Notes: generated by a model not told the origin, from the letters alone. A stretch of 64,000 nucleotides of DNA from an uncultured delta proteobacterium (GCA_963796685.1 CAWCMR010000011.1:224001-288000); one strand, 5' to 3'; counted from the first letter of the stretch, positions 31,872 to 43,969 are shown. Program-made: numbers and translations.

Positions 31872-32507
31872 CTATGGAAGCTTGATCATCCCGTGGGTCG
31901 CCACGAGCTTCTTGAGCCCATGCTTTCCTGCCGCTAGACCAGCGACCGCCAAGGCGCCTTCCGCACTGTAGGCGAAGCTGTGGTCGACAACAGTGCCCGC
32001 AAACGAGCCTGTGACCTTGCTCGGCCCAGCCGCTGCGGGGTTGGGGAGCTCAAATCCCACGTTGGGATCGAAGGCCGAGGCGGCGCCAGCGAGCGTGATC
32101 GTGCTGGTGGTGAACTTGGTCTTTGCCAAGCCGTGCTTTCCCTTCCAGGCGATGGTCAGGTGCACCGGGCTGGTGATTCCTTGGAGCAACCCGTTGACTC
32201 CGGTTCCTCCACCGGCAAAGGTTCCCGTGAGCTTGCCCTGGGTGATCGTGTCCGTAGAGCCGGTGACGGTGCAACCCGTCACCTTGCCCTTGACGTTGAT
32301 CGTGGCACCACCAGTATTGAGCGTCAACGGCGGAACGAACGAGATCTTGACGTTAACGCCGGTGCAACTCACCACGCCCGTGGCCGCCCCGAGGAACGGG
32401 GGTGGCTTCGGGGTCTTGGCCAGAGCCGGAGCTTGGAGGAATGCCACACTCGTCATCGGAAGCGCGAGTGCAAGCACCCCCATTAGGATCTTGCGACGCA
32501 TATGCAT
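31872..32507 (-). CDS. Secreted hypothetical beta-rich protein
   Basis: GAGGAGG RBS; Sec signal (..APALA); Gly/Thr-rich with two Cys. Confidence 0.7.
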   Translation of the reverse strand: MHMRRKILMGVLALALPMTSVAFLQAPALAKTPKPPPFLGAATGVVSCTGVNVKISFVPPLTLNTGGATINVKGKVTGCTVTGSTDTITQGKLTGTFAGGGTGVNGLLQGITSPVHLTIAWKGKHGLAKTKFTTSTITLAGAASAFDPNVGFELPNPAAAGPSKVTGSFAGTVVDHSFAYSAEGALAVAGLAAGKHGLKKLVATHGMIKLP

Positions 32508-32887
32508 AGTTCCTCCTCTAGTTCGACGCTGGGTGGACGCCCCACTGCGATGCCCCCGCCCCCCAAAATGTGACGCTGAAACAACGCACCCATGTCACCG
32601 TCGCGCCGGTGTTCGTGGTCGAACAGGGCCGTTCGACACCACTCTTGTTCCTCGCCCGTTTGCAGCGTTCGGTCCGACACGGAGAGAGGGCCCAGGGAGT
32701 CAAAAGCCGTCTCGCTGAGTCTCTCGGATCGGTGATCACCGATTGCCGGGTGCGAGCCTCTTGTGCAGAACCCCAAATTGCATTGGTCGGTCGCCGGATC
32801 GTGCAAGCCAGGCAGGCTGTCGGAGCGCCGGACTGATCGCCGATCGTGTGCGAGTCGTGCGTCCGAGTCGGTGCCCCGGTTCCCTTG

Positions 32888-33238
32888 TCACCCAGGAGAG
32901 CGCTCGACTAGCTCGTACAGCTGACAGGCAGGAGCGAGAAAGTGAACATAGCGTTCCCCTCCGTTATTCACGGGCTGGTTGACCGCGATACCGACGGCAC
33001 GTAATTCGACCACAGCCCTGTCAAGGTCATCGACCAGGAAGCCGATCGAGCGCTCGGTGAGACCCATTCCCCCGGGAGATGCAACGGCAAAGGTCGACCC
33101 GTCTGGAAGTCGAAACAGGTCCGCCTCGACATCTGGCGAGTCCATCTTCTCTAGACCCAGGATCTCACTCAAGAAGGTGCACATCTGACCACGTTGCTCC
33201 GTCGATGTTCCGGCGAATATCGGCCCGTAGATGTTCAC
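32888..33238 (-). CDS. VOC / glyoxalase family protein
   Basis: FLSEILGL, IGFLVDDLDRAVVELR, YVHFLAP..LYELVE. Confidence 0.82.
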   Translation of the reverse strand: MNIYGPIFAGTSTEQRGQMCTFLSEILGLEKMDSPDVEADLFRLPDGSTFAVASPGGMGLTERSIGFLVDDLDRAVVELRAVGIAVNQPVNNGGERYVHFLAPACQLYELVERSPG

Positions 33239-33658
33239 AGATCAGTCCCCCCACCTGAATGATGCGTGAGTTCGACCACGGCCCCACGATATGGCGGACC
33301 GGGATTGTGGCGCTCTTGGACCCCGAGATCCCCAACGTGGATTTGCACTCGGGCGGTTACCCCGGGTTTGGCTCCTATCTGACCTGGACGAATGACTAGG
33401 ACCAGCCACCCAGTGCCGATGGAATCGGCGATATCGGGGAGTGTAAGCCCGGTAGTTCCTTGAGTCCGATACCGATACCCGTCATTTGCGCGTTGCTCCG
33501 CCCCCGAGAGTGGTGCTGGCACCAAGGCGGAACGAGGGGCTGACCACCTTGGTCCTTGCTCTCGGTTGCGGCACACTTTCGTTCGAGGCGCTCGAACCAG
33601 CCTCGGAAGCGCGACGTCGGCGGGAGCGTAAATTGCAGCTGTTCGGTGGTCCCTGGGC

Positions 33659-36190
33659 ATGACCAGGAAGGTTCTGCGCCTCGCGACCTACCGGTTTCGA
33701 TCCACCTTTGACCGCCGGCGGGGTGGGTACCTGGCGCTGATCCTTCTTGTCGGCCTAGTGGGAGGCGTGGCCATGGGTGCCATCGCCGGTGCCCGGCGCA
33801 CGCAGTCCTCGTACCCGGTCTACCTGGCCAGCACCAACCCGTCGCAGGTGCAATATTTCACCGAGTTCGCCCCCAGCACGAACATCGGGTACTCGGCCGG
33901 TATCGACCGCGCCGTCGCACGCCTCCCGTACGTCAAGCGCGCCTCGGTCGTCGTCGGGTTCGACGGCAACCTCCAGCCCCTCCAGTCCCTCCGCATGGCC
34001 GGGCCACCCGGTGAGGCGCCCCCCGCCTTTGAGGGCGGTCTCAACGGGGAGTACTTCAGCGTGGACCGGGTCACATTGCGCCAGGGGCGCATGGCAAACC
34101 CCCGTCGTGACGAGGAGTTCGTCATGTCGGCCGGAGCGGCGGCGGAATACGGATTACACATCGGCTCGACGCTCCGACTGGGCTTCTTCACTGACTCTCA
34201 GGCGGCCTCGCCCACGTTCGCCGGATACCCCACCGACAAGCCCTATCTGGCCATCAACATGAGGCTGGTGGGAATCATCGAGGCGACCCAGCAGGTCATC
34301 GAGGACGACGACTCCGCATTGGGCGACCAACTTGCCGTCGTTACGCCGGCGCTCACCCGCCGCCTCGCGACGTGCTGCGCGTACTACTCCTATGACGCCC
34401 TGCAACTCGAGGATGGCACCCTGCACCAGGCCGCCGTGACCAGGGCCGTCGAGAAGATCGTTCCCAGCGAAAGCCTCGGGCCCAGCGGGGGAGCCCAGAC
34501 CAACGCCCCCATCATTGCCAAGGCGGAACGGGTCATCCGGCCCGAGTCGATCGCCTTCGGCGTGTTCGGGTTGATCGCGGCCCTTGCCGCGCTCGTAATC
34601 GGTGGCCAGATGGTCGCACGCCTCGTCCGACGCAACGCCGACGACGCCGCCGTGCTGCGGGTCCTCGGTGCTGGCCCCATCATGACCGCAGCCGACGGGC
34701 TCCTGGGGACCGTGGGCGGTCTGGTGGGAGGGGCGCTGCTGGCCGTGGCCGTGGCGGTGGCCTTGTCCCCGCTGGCGCCGATCGGCGCGGTGCGTCCGGT
34801 CTATCCCGACCCGGGCATCGCCTTCGACTGGACGGTCCTCGGCGCCGGCTTCGCCGTCCTGGTCGTCGTGCTGGGCGCCGTGGCCTTCTGATGGCGTACC
34901 GAGCGGCTCCGCATCGCGCCACGGCCTACCTCGAGGCAGGGGCCGCGCGCAATGCGAGCTTGGCCCGGGTCGCGAATGGCGTCGGGGCTCCTGCCTGCCG
35001 CGATCGAGGGTATCCACTGGGCCCTCGGCGGCGGTTCGGCCCGCGACGCGGCACCGGTGCGCTCGGCGGTGCTCGGCGCTGTCCTTGCCGTCGTGGTCAT
35101 CGTCACCTCTGTCACCTTCGGCGCCAGCCTCAATGCCCTCGTCTCTCGGCCCGCGTTGTACGGATGGAACTGGAACTACGCGCTGCTGGCGGGGTTCTCC
35201 GGCGCCGAGGACCTGCCCGCTGCGCAGACGGCTGCGCTCTTCGACCACGACCGCGATGTGGAGCACTGGGCCGGCGTGTACTTCGAGCGCGTGCAGCTCG
35301 ACGGGGTCGACGTGCCCGCCCTGGCCCTCGCTCCCCAGTCCAAGATCGAGCCCAGTCCACTGACGGGCCATGGTTTGCGATCAGACAACCAGGTCGTGCT
35401 GGGCGCAGCCACCCTGGCCAAGCTCCACAAGCATCTGGGCGACACCGTCATGGCCGACACCGGGGGACCGACCCCACGCGGCTCGCATCGTCGGGACGGC
35501 GACTCTGCCCACCATCGGCGGCGTCGGGGGATCCTCGAGCTCCAGATGGGGACGGGGGCCGTCGTCTCCCCATCGCTGTTTCCGGCCGCCGATCTCAATC
35601 AGCAGGGGAGCGCGCTCCCGGGACCGAACGCCGTGTTCGTCACCACCCGGCCCGGTGTGCCGCCCGCGAAGGCGCTCGCCTCCCTCGAACACATCGACGA
35701 GGTCCTGAGCCGACCCGCCACACAGGACGCCCCGGCCAGTGGTGTGGTGTCGGTACTGCGACCGGCCGAGATCACGGATTACCGATCCGTGGGATCCACC
35801 GCGTCCGTGCTGGCTGGCGTCCTGGGCGCGGGGGCCCTGGGGGCGCTGGGCCTGACCCTCGTAGCTTCGGTCCGCCGCCGGCGCCATGAACTGGCTCTCC
35901 TCAAGGCACTCGGGTTCACGCAGGCCCAGTTGGCAGGGACCGTCGCCTGGCAGGCTTCGGTGTCCGGCGCCATCGGCGTCGTCGTCGGTCTGCCCCTCGG
36001 CATCGCCCTGGGCCGGTGGTTGTGGACGCTCTTCGCCCGAGGGATCTCGGCGGTCCCCGATCCCACCGTGCCGGTTGCGTCCATGGTCCTCATCGCGCTC
36101 GGGGCGCTGGTCTTCGCCAACCTCGCGGCCGCTGTTCCCGGACGAATCGCCGCCCGCACGTCTACGGTGATCTTGTTGCGGACCGAGTGA
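33659..36190 (+). CDS. FtsX/MacB-like ABC permease (frameshifted)
   Basis: AGARRTQSSY, two FtsX-type TM bundles, RRRRHELALLKALGFT. No ATPase nearby. Confidence 0.82.
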
Positions 36191-36236
36191 TGTCCGAACG
36201 AGACACGAGGTCGATCCCGTAGGTCCCAAACCACGA

Positions 36237-36869
36237 TCATTCAGAGAGTTCGTACGTGACTGCGACGGTGCAGCTCACGGTGAGGTTGCCAGGCTCGACC
36301 TGAAGGTGCGTGGCGACGGACCCAGACGCTCTCGTTGCAAACCCGCGATACGGAGGATCAGTCGTTGATGACCCCTCATCGATGGAAAGGGTCCGCCCCA
36401 AGCGACCGCCCGCTGCCTCTGCAAGCTCAGTCGCCCTGGTGCGGGCGTCGTTCATGGCGGCAACTCGTGCCTCCCGTTTCAGAGGCACGGGATCGGCAAT
36501 GGCGAGCTGGAGGGCCCGAATCTGAAGGGAATCACCTGCCACAGATACAAGGCCCGCAATATGGTCGTCCAACTTGGTGAGCTGTCGGATGGTGATCTCG
36601 AGCTGGTAGCTGGCCACCCTGGCCGTGACCGTTTGCCTGCCCTGATCGAAGAAGTCCTGGACGCTAAGTCCGGTGGTCCGGAGGTCGCCGGGGGCCAGAC
36701 CCGTCGTCTTCAACGATTCAGAAACCTGCGACGAGAGGGTGCCGACACGGGATACCGCATCGGCGACGGTATTGGCCATCACGTTCAGGGCTGCGTGAAC
36801 GATGCAATGGTCGGGAAGGCCACGGACGGCCCCTTCGCCCACTACCGACAAGCGCGCTGGCTCGGCCAT
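36237..36869 (-). CDS. SIMPL domain (DUF541) protein
   Basis: LSVVGEGAVRGLPD, AMNDARTRATELAEAAG..LG, VEPG..VSCTVAVTY. Confidence 0.88.
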   Translation of the reverse strand: MAEPARLSVVGEGAVRGLPDHCIVHAALNVMANTVADAVSRVGTLSSQVSESLKTTGLAPGDLRTTGLSVQDFFDQGRQTVTARVASYQLEITIRQLTKLDDHIAGLVSVAGDSLQIRALQLAIADPVPLKREARVAAMNDARTRATELAEAAGGRLGRTLSIDEGSSTTDPPYRGFATRASGSVATHLQVEPGNLTVSCTVAVTYELSE

Positions 36870-37575
36870 GTGAAACGGTAACCCCGTTGCATGACAGCTT
36901 CAACGTGGAGCCCCCGATGGGTGCGGGTCGAAGGTGGGTATCCCCACGGCTGCCAGCGGGATCGACCTGCGGGCCGTCCCCGCGAATTGCGAGGCGAGGG
37001 AGACATCTGGCTGCACCAGAGGTCCCGGGGAACTCGAGTGGCGGCGTGGGCGTATACGTCTGGTCCGGGAAAGACGAGTCTAACATTCCGCCCATTGACG
37101 ACCGTGCGGCATACCTCTTCGTGCTTCGATGTCGTTTCGGCCCTGTGCTCTTCCGGTCATCGGTCGTCCGCGTCCGGGAGTCGCGCGCGATACTGCATGT
37201 GTGCACCATCGAGGGATCCGTGTGTCGGTGTTGACGGGTCGGGGTCGTCGTACAAGATGGCATCGAGCAAGGATGCTCCGCCCGAGACTTCTCGCCGAGA
37301 CGGCTCCGCACTCACGTCATCCCCACTTTGCCCAGGAGCGAAGGTGTGGCCGCACGCCCAAGTACGGTCTCGCCACCCTCAAAGGCTCGACGAAGCGCGA
37401 TCCGGACGATATCGCTCATGACCAGGATGTCAGCGTCATTAGCCGTGGTCTTGACGGTCCCGCAAGCCACACCCGGGCTCCCTTCACTCTTCGGTCACGG
37501 GCAGCATCTTTCGTTTCGCGAGACGAGGCCAGTGCCAAAGGTCCCATCGTCCCGACCGTTACCGGGGCGAGATGA

Positions 37576-38710
37576 CTACTGGGTGATAGGCACCTGCCAA
37601 CTGAGCGACGTCCCGCCAGCCTCCCGGGTTTCGATTGCGAACTGTCCATGCAGCTTTTCTGCCCGACGTCGGAGATTGGCGAGGCCGAGCCCCCCCTCGG
37701 TCGCCCCTGCACCGTCGAGGCCCCGGCCATCATCGGTGACTTGAAGTCGACAAAGTCCGTCTTTCACGGTGACAGAAACACTCGCTTTGGTGGCCTGGGC
37801 GTGACGCCCAATGTTGGTGACCGCTTCTCGGATGACGGCGAGAAGATGCTCAGCGAGCTCGCCCGATGCCATGGTGTCAACGGGACCATCAAAGGAGACC
37901 TTGACATCGAACCCGACCACCGGCGTGAGGTTACGAACGAGGGAGAGGATGCTGGAACGTATGCCGGAATCGATCTCCGTCGATCCGAGCTCGAAGATCG
38001 TCGAGCGGATCTGGCGGATCGTATCGTCGATGTCACGAATGACGTTTTTGAGCCGATCGGCGGTTCCCGGCGCCTCGGCTCCTGCGATGCTGTGTAGGGT
38101 CAGTCCGGCGGCGAATAGTCGTTGGATGACATTGTCGTGCAGATCCCGGGCCAAGCGATCTCGATCGTCGTATACGGCCAGTTGTTGGATCCGCTTATGG
38201 AGTCCGGCGTTCTCGATGGCGATTCCTGCTGCGAGAGCCAGGGCCACGACGAGTGATTCGTCGTCGAAAGTGAACTCGGACCAACCGAGCTTGTTCGTGA
38301 GGTAGAGGTTCCCGTAGACCTCGTCGCGCACCTTGATGGGTACTCCGAGAAACGACGTCATCGGAGGATGGTTCGCCGGGAAACCGAAGCTGTCAGGGTG
38401 GGAGCCGAGGTCCGCCAGCCGTAACGGCTCAGGATCGGTGATGAGGAGTCCGAGAACGCCTTGCCCTGTTGGTCGAGCACCGATCTTCTGTTCTTGCTCG
38501 GGATCCAGGCCCACGGTGATGAATTCGGCCAGTGCGGTCCGTTCGTCGTTCAAGACGCCGATGGCCCCATACTGGGCGCCGGTCATCGATCGCGCTCTCC
38601 TCGATGAAATGCCGCAGCAAGGTGGGGAGATCGAGATCAGCCTCCAACTGGAGCGTCGCTTCCAGGAGGCGACGCAGTTTTGCGGGATCCTCGATCGACC
38701 GATACGGCAT
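37576..38710 (-). CDS. GAF-domain sensor histidine kinase, DevS/DosT-like (frameshift at ~38595)
   Basis: AQYGAIGV, GFPANHPPMTSFLGVPI, RLARDLHDNVIQRLF, EAVTNIGRHA, GLGLANLRRRA. Confidence 0.9.
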
Positions 38711-38845
38711 GACGCTCCCATATTTCGGCGTCGCCGGGGTCTGGGGCGAGGTCAGGGTCAGGAGCTTACCTGTAGAGGGGGCTCACCAGCCATCGGGGCC
38801 GTTCCGTTGTGTTCTTGTCGCGCGATCCCTGGATGCAGCCGAGTC

Positions 38846-39505
38846 TTAGGTTGCCGTCCCGTCCAACGTGATGCCAAATTGCAGTTTGGACCCGCTGACG
38901 GCGTCCTGTCCTGTGATCAACAGCGTGTTCAGATAATGGCCGGGCGAACTTGGACAGAATTGGACCTGCGCACCGCAGCTCCGCCCGGGCATGAGCGTCG
39001 TCGTACAAGTGTTCGACGGGACGCTGTAGACCCCGATGGGATGGACCACGATGGAACTGACCGCAACGCCACCGGTGTTGGTGATGGTGACGGGCACGAT
39101 GGGCATGGGCTGATACGGGGGAGGAGTCGAAGGAAACTCAGCCGTCGACGGCGTGATGTGCAACGTGACCGCCGCCGCGATCGTGGTGGTCGTGCGGGCC
39201 GCAGTAGTTGGAGGACTCGTGGTGGGCGGAATGGTCGTCGGGGATGGCACCGTTGTTGCGACGAGCGCCGTCGTGGGTACCGGCCCAACGGTTGTCGTCG
39301 TGCCTGACGAGTGTTCGGTGGTGCTGGATGGATGTTGCCTAACACTCGACGAGGCGACGACCCGTGGCGTGCCGTGACCGGCGAAGGCCCAAGCGTTGAC
39401 ACCCACCAACCCGAGCACAACGAACGCAAGCAACAAGACGGCCACGAGCCGGCGGCGAGGGGGTTTGTGGGTCACCGCTCCGTCTCGGTCCCGGGCAGGG
39501 TCCAT
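38846..39505 (-). CDS. Membrane-anchored Thr/Pro-rich protein with C-terminal Ig-like domain
   Basis: TM, Thr-rich linker, VTITNTGG..LMPGRSC..VQFCP..LDGTAT. Confidence 0.65.
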   Translation of the reverse strand: MDPARDRDGAVTHKPPRRRLVAVLLLAFVVLGLVGVNAWAFAGHGTPRVVASSSVRQHPSSTTEHSSGTTTTVGPVPTTALVATTVPSPTTIPPTTSPPTTAARTTTTIAAAVTLHITPSTAEFPSTPPPYQPMPIVPVTITNTGGVAVSSIVVHPIGVYSVPSNTCTTTLMPGRSCGAQVQFCPSSPGHYLNTLLITGQDAVSGSKLQFGITLDGTAT

Positions 39506-39595
39506 GTCGGGATAATCGGCTCACCCCACAAGATTCTTGAACGGATGGGCTCGTCGGCCCCTCGCTCGACCTGGACCCCGGGATTCGGAGCTGCC

Positions 39596-40351
39596 TCAGG
39601 TGATGGCCAGAGCCCTGTCATGAGCCGCTGATATTGCCCCCACCAAGCGGTATCCCAGCAAGGTCAGCATGGTCTCCAGTCCGATCTGAATCACCAAGAG
39701 CCCGATTCCCAGGCCGTGGGCCTCGGCGAGAAGCACGACGAGCGCCACGTTGACGATGCCCGTGAGAATCAGAAGCAGCCAGGTGTGCAGCACCATCGTC
39801 CTGTTGGGGTCTCCAGGGGGCAGGCAGTCTCGAAGTGACTGATAGGGGAACCAAAACTGCACGATAGGAATGAGATACGAGCCCACACCGAGGGCAGGAG
39901 ATCGCCTTGCGGGGTACCTGAGCCGCTGGGCCGTGATTGCGGCGCGGTACTGCCAGATGACAAACAGGATCTGCACAAGAAGGGAGAAGGGCACGAGGAT
40001 CAAAGGCCACTCAGGGTTCCTCGGCTGTGGCAACTGAGATCCGATACTTGGGTTGTCGATCAGAAGGCGAAGCTCATGGAAGTACCTGGCCCAACTGGAT
40101 GAAGTGACGAGGTCGATGAGGGCGGTTGCGCCCCCGAGGACCGGATAGGCGATCGTAGCTTTCTTGGCCCATGGCAGTATGTGTTGTTCCTCAACGTTGG
40201 CGCTCTGAGCCCAGGACCAGCCCATTGCATCGGATGCTGCTGGCGCGGTGTGTGCGGTCCAAGCCACACCGTCCCACCAACGCAACAAGTACCCATCTGA
40301 GGGGTCGGGATACCAACCTGGAGGAGCACCTGGGACGGTCACAAAGTTCAA
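39596..40351 (-). CDS. DUF2510/DUF4328 domain membrane protein
   Basis: PPGWYPDP..LRWWDGVAWT; GSYLIPIVQFWFPYQ. Confidence 0.82.
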   Translation of the reverse strand: MNFVTVPGAPPGWYPDPSDGYLLRWWDGVAWTAHTAPAASDAMGWSWAQSANVEEQHILPWAKKATIAYPVLGGATALIDLVTSSSWARYFHELRLLIDNPSIGSQLPQPRNPEWPLILVPFSLLVQILFVIWQYRAAITAQRLRYPARRSPALGVGSYLIPIVQFWFPYQSLRDCLPPGDPNRTMVLHTWLLLILTGIVNVALVVLLAEAHGLGIGLLVIQIGLETMLTLLGYRLVGAISAAHDRALAIT

Positions 40352-40429
40352 GGTTAGAGCTCTGACGGAATCCCGCCGACGATGAGGTGCCGCGCCTAAG
40401 GCATCGGCGCAACCAGTGCTGGGTGGTGG

Positions 40430-40627
40430 TCAGTGTGAGTTTGGATCAGGGATATCGATCCGATGCCGGTCTGTGATCCGTCTCGAGGTCCGTCGTCCGA
40501 GCATCAACGAGCCTGCGACGAGAGACGCCACTCCGAGAACGGCGGATAGCTCGCCGAAGATCGTAAAGGCCAGAAGGAAGGTGAGCACCAGAAGCACTGC
40601 ACCGAGAACAATCAGGACGACGGCCAT
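40430..40627 (-). CDS. Small two-TM membrane protein
   Basis: Two hydrophobic helices with a basic tail. Confidence 0.45.
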   Translation of the reverse strand: MAVVLIVLGAVLLVLTFLLAFTIFGELSAVLGVASLVAGSLMLGRRTSRRITDRHRIDIPDPNSH

Positions 40628-40951
40628 GAGGCGAGGTAGATCGTTGGGGGATGTGCCGCGCAAAGGTCGGAGCCTTCCGGTTGTCTTGTTGAAATTCTCG
40701 GTCGGTCGATGAGCCAGACCGTGGTCGTTCCCAACGAAGCGGGTCTGCTTGTGCCCATGTCGATGCATCGTGCGCCGGGACGCGTTTGCGCCGGGGTTTG
40801 GAGACTAGGGCGCTGTAACCATCGTATCGGGGCATCTCGTCCACCCAGCGGCGATGACCGGTCCGACACAATCGGCGGACGAGCACGAGTCGTCGAGCTA
40901 TCCTGCGCTGGGGTAGCAGGGCACACCCCATGACCCACGAGGAGCGTCCCA

Positions 40952-41251
40952 ATGCCAATCGGAGTGCGCATCGATCTCCCCGGTACCACATTGGAGTGGT
41001 ACGACGAGGTCATCGAGGCTGCCGGTTTCCTTCCCGGCGGACCGATCGTGACCGACGCGTTATCTCACTGGGTCACTACCACGGAGGATGGCATTTGCAT
41101 CGTTGAGGTGTGGGAATCCCGGGAGGCGTTCAGAAGTAACGCCCAGCACAGGACGGGTCAGATCAAGGACGAAGTTGGTTTTCCCGTTGCTACCACGATC
41201 GAGTTCTTCGACATTCACAACTACCTGCCTGGCAGGCCACGAAGGGCGTGA
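40952..41251 (+). CDS. Small ABM-like protein, homolog of 2064..2363
   Basis: GAGGAG RBS; shares YDEV.E..G.LPGGP, VWESREA and FF..HNY. Confidence 0.75.
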   Translation: MPIGVRIDLPGTTLEWYDEVIEAAGFLPGGPIVTDALSHWVTTTEDGICIVEVWESREAFRSNAQHRTGQIKDEVGFPVATTIEFFDIHNYLPGRPRRA

Positions 41252-41589
41252 CCGAGGGCGGGAATCTGTTCTGCGCCCAGATCGGCTGCGTTCGCTCGGG
41301 CCAGGATGCTCACGTACCCACCCGGCATCATCTCAAGTCGACAACTTGGCGGCCCGGAGAGCGATCGTCGTGACAAAGGTTGAGTCTGCAGGCTCCCACC
41401 TCCCGTGAAGGTGGCGCAGATTGCTTTGGCAGTGTCGTTGCCTGCTGGCCTCATCGGTTTGGTCTCGCTGATCATGACAAGGGTCGACTCCCGAAGAGGG
41501 TCACCAACCGATCCGACATCTCCTGAGGGTGCTCAAAGCCCGAGGATCGGTTTCCCAATCAGGGGAGTCGGCTTCTTCCTTTCTCAAGG

Positions 41590-41800
41590 CAACGAGATCG
41601 GCAGACTGGGGTGACGGTCAATACGAACTGGCCGGTACCGCACCAGAGTTCGATGACGACCGACGACTCGCCGAGCCCAAACGAGCGCAAGAGTTCGACC
41701 TCGACGTCTGCGCGGCTGTCCATCTTCCCGTCATATCGCTCGACATGGGCGATATCGAGATTCTCCCGACCGGCGCCGGCCAGTTCATCAAGCAGCCCTC
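41590..41800 (-). pseudogene. Class I SAM methyltransferase N-terminal fragment
   Basis: Hand translation LLDELAGAGRENLDIAHVERYD..SVVIELWCGTGQF; degenerate motif I, truncated. Confidence 0.55.
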
Positions 41801-42170
41801 CGGGGCGTTGAGCGCTGGTCGTTCACCCGGTAAATGAGTGTCATAGTGCCAGCCGTTGGATCGTCGTGCTGGAGAGGATGGCTCGATTTGAGGCGGCTAG
41901 CCCGAGGGTGCCAGCCCGACCGCTGCGTTGGTCCCACCGGCGAGGGCGGTAAGGCGACCGGTACACGGTGATCCCGAAAGAGGATCAAAGGGTCCCCAGT
42001 GCCGCTGAGGTGGCATCATCGGGGCCGTGAGAAACACGCCGTCCGGGCAGCGCGTTGGAGTCCTGGATCTGATCGCCCGGCCTTCCCGTCACGGCAGAGT
42101 GGTCTTGTCTGTTGTGAAAGGACACGTAGGCTTGTTCCCGTAGTTCGCCCCAAGTTGACGGAGGCGTGAA

Positions 42171-42391
42171 ATGAACAAGACAGAAGATCGAATCCGAAGC
42201 GAGAGCGCAGAGCTTCGTCGTCTCCTTGAGAAACACCAGTGGGGCGGACTGACGCCAGCAGGTTCCAACGGTGTTGCCCCGAATGTGCAGGAGCGGCGCC
42301 CCCTTTCGGTGGTGGCCATCGTTCGGGCTGTGCCATCGCGAAAGCGTTGGACGTAGAAGCAGACGCAGGAGAAGGAACCGAGCAAGGCTGA
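42171..42391 (+). CDS. Small putative Zn-binding protein (frameshifted)
   Basis: GGAGG RBS; LRRLLEKHQW, then after a shift CPECAG..GHRSGCAIAKAL. Confidence 0.5.
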
Positions 42392-42534
42392 CCGGCTAGC
42401 CGACCGGGTCAGCTCACGTCCTGCCAGCTCCTCCCAGCGTGGCGCCCGGGCCGTCCTGGACGCGGATACGGTGCAGAGCTGGATCAGAGATGCAACTGGC
42501 AATGCCGTCGAACAAAGCATGAGGTGGGGTTAGG

Positions 42535-43620
42535 GTGAGCTTCACGCCGTACGACCGGCCCGTTCGAGCCGCTTTCGTGGGCCTGGGCCGCATCTACGAC
42601 CTAAATATCCGCGCCTATGTCGGCAATCCCGACGTCGAGGTGGTGGCCCTGGTCGACCCCAGCGAGGAGCGTCGAACGCACCGCCAGCGCGGACTGGCGC
42701 GGTGTAAACGCGCCTGGTGGGCGAGCTGGCCACAAGTGATGTCGAGGTTGACGCAGTCGAGCCGTTGTTACCCATTCCGCTGCACACAGAAGGCGTGATC
42801 GAGCTTCTGCACCATGGGTGGCACGTCAACTTGCAAAGCCAATGTGCAACAACCTAGCTGATGCAGGGGAATGCTGGCCGCCGCCAGTGCCAATGACCGA
42901 CTGTTGAGGGTCATGGAGAACTACATCTTCTACGAGCCGCTGGTCAGGCTGAAGGAAATCGTGGCCTCTGGCGAGCTGGGCGAGGTTACCGGGTACCACA
43001 TGAAGACGGTGGGTAGCGGGCCGGGGGTCGGGACGTCCCACGAGCAGTTACGAGTGGCAATTTCAGCAGATGCGTTGGGCCGCGGCATCCTCGTATTTGA
43101 CGACGGGTGGCACAAGCTGGCGACGGCCATCTGGCTCTTCGGCTCCATCGTGAGGTGCGGGCATGGGTGGGGGCCACTGAGATTGTGCGTGGCGTGGAGA
43201 CGATGCTCCAGCACCATTGTGTGGGAGCACGACAACGGGGTGCGCGGGGTTTGGGACATCGTACTGGCGATCGACATGTACCTACGGTCGACTACTACAC
43301 CAACAAGGCGCAGGTTGGGAAGTCGACGGGCGGCGCGGCTACGCTCGTTCGAACCGGTGCACGGGTCGAGGCATCCAACAACCGAGCCTCGAGGTGTACG
43401 CCGATGGGGAGATGCGCTCCTCCATGCCCTCGATGACGACTGGGCCGCAGCTTCCGCGTTCCGGCCGCCACTGGCTCCGCTGGCTCCACACCGGCGATGG
43501 ACCGTTGCTGTGGAGCCGGTACTGAAGCTGTCGATGTACTGCGATTCGCCCTGGCTGCCTACGCGAGTTGAGTGCCAGTGGTGGTGTTGGCGTGGACCCG
43601 GCGTCGCTCTTGTAGCTACC
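42535..43620 (+). pseudogene. Gfo/Idh/MocA oxidoreductase, heavily disrupted
   Basis: VRAAFVGLGRI, VVALVDP, QKPMC-like segment, VMENYIFYEP, FDDGWHK; many frame breaks. Confidence 0.75.
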
Positions 43621-43942
43621 CATCGATCGCGGCCCACATGGAGCGGAGAACAGCTCCTGGGAGCGTTTCAAGGTGTCGCGAGTTCGTGTCAACACGTGCT
43701 GGCGTGTCACGTGTGGGAGTTCCTCGACGCAATATCATGGGCTCGTCGTGACTGCGGCATGGCTGTGTTCGCGCGCCGGAACTGGCGATCGTCTGCTCCA
43801 CGCCAAATCGCCGGTCCGAAAGTGGACGGTTTCCGTGTTTCAAGGGTGGCGGGAGCCAAAAGACTCCGTCGCTACCCCCAACAATCGGATCCTGAACACT
43901 CCGAGCTTCAATTCGATGAACACCCACTCGTCCGTTTGTTCG

Positions 43943-43969
43943 TGGAGCGGGCGCAAATGCTTTGAACCC
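43943..43969 (+). repeat. tmRNA-3'-like attachment site A (degenerate)
   Basis: TGGAGCGGGCGCAAATGCTTT-GAACCC aligns with the sites at 57578 and 59442 with one base missing. Confidence 0.65.

Noticed and set aside
43844-43854. GGTGGCGGGA shared with the tmRNA end
   Set aside because: Only 10 GC-rich bases, with no flanking TGGA or GAACCC.
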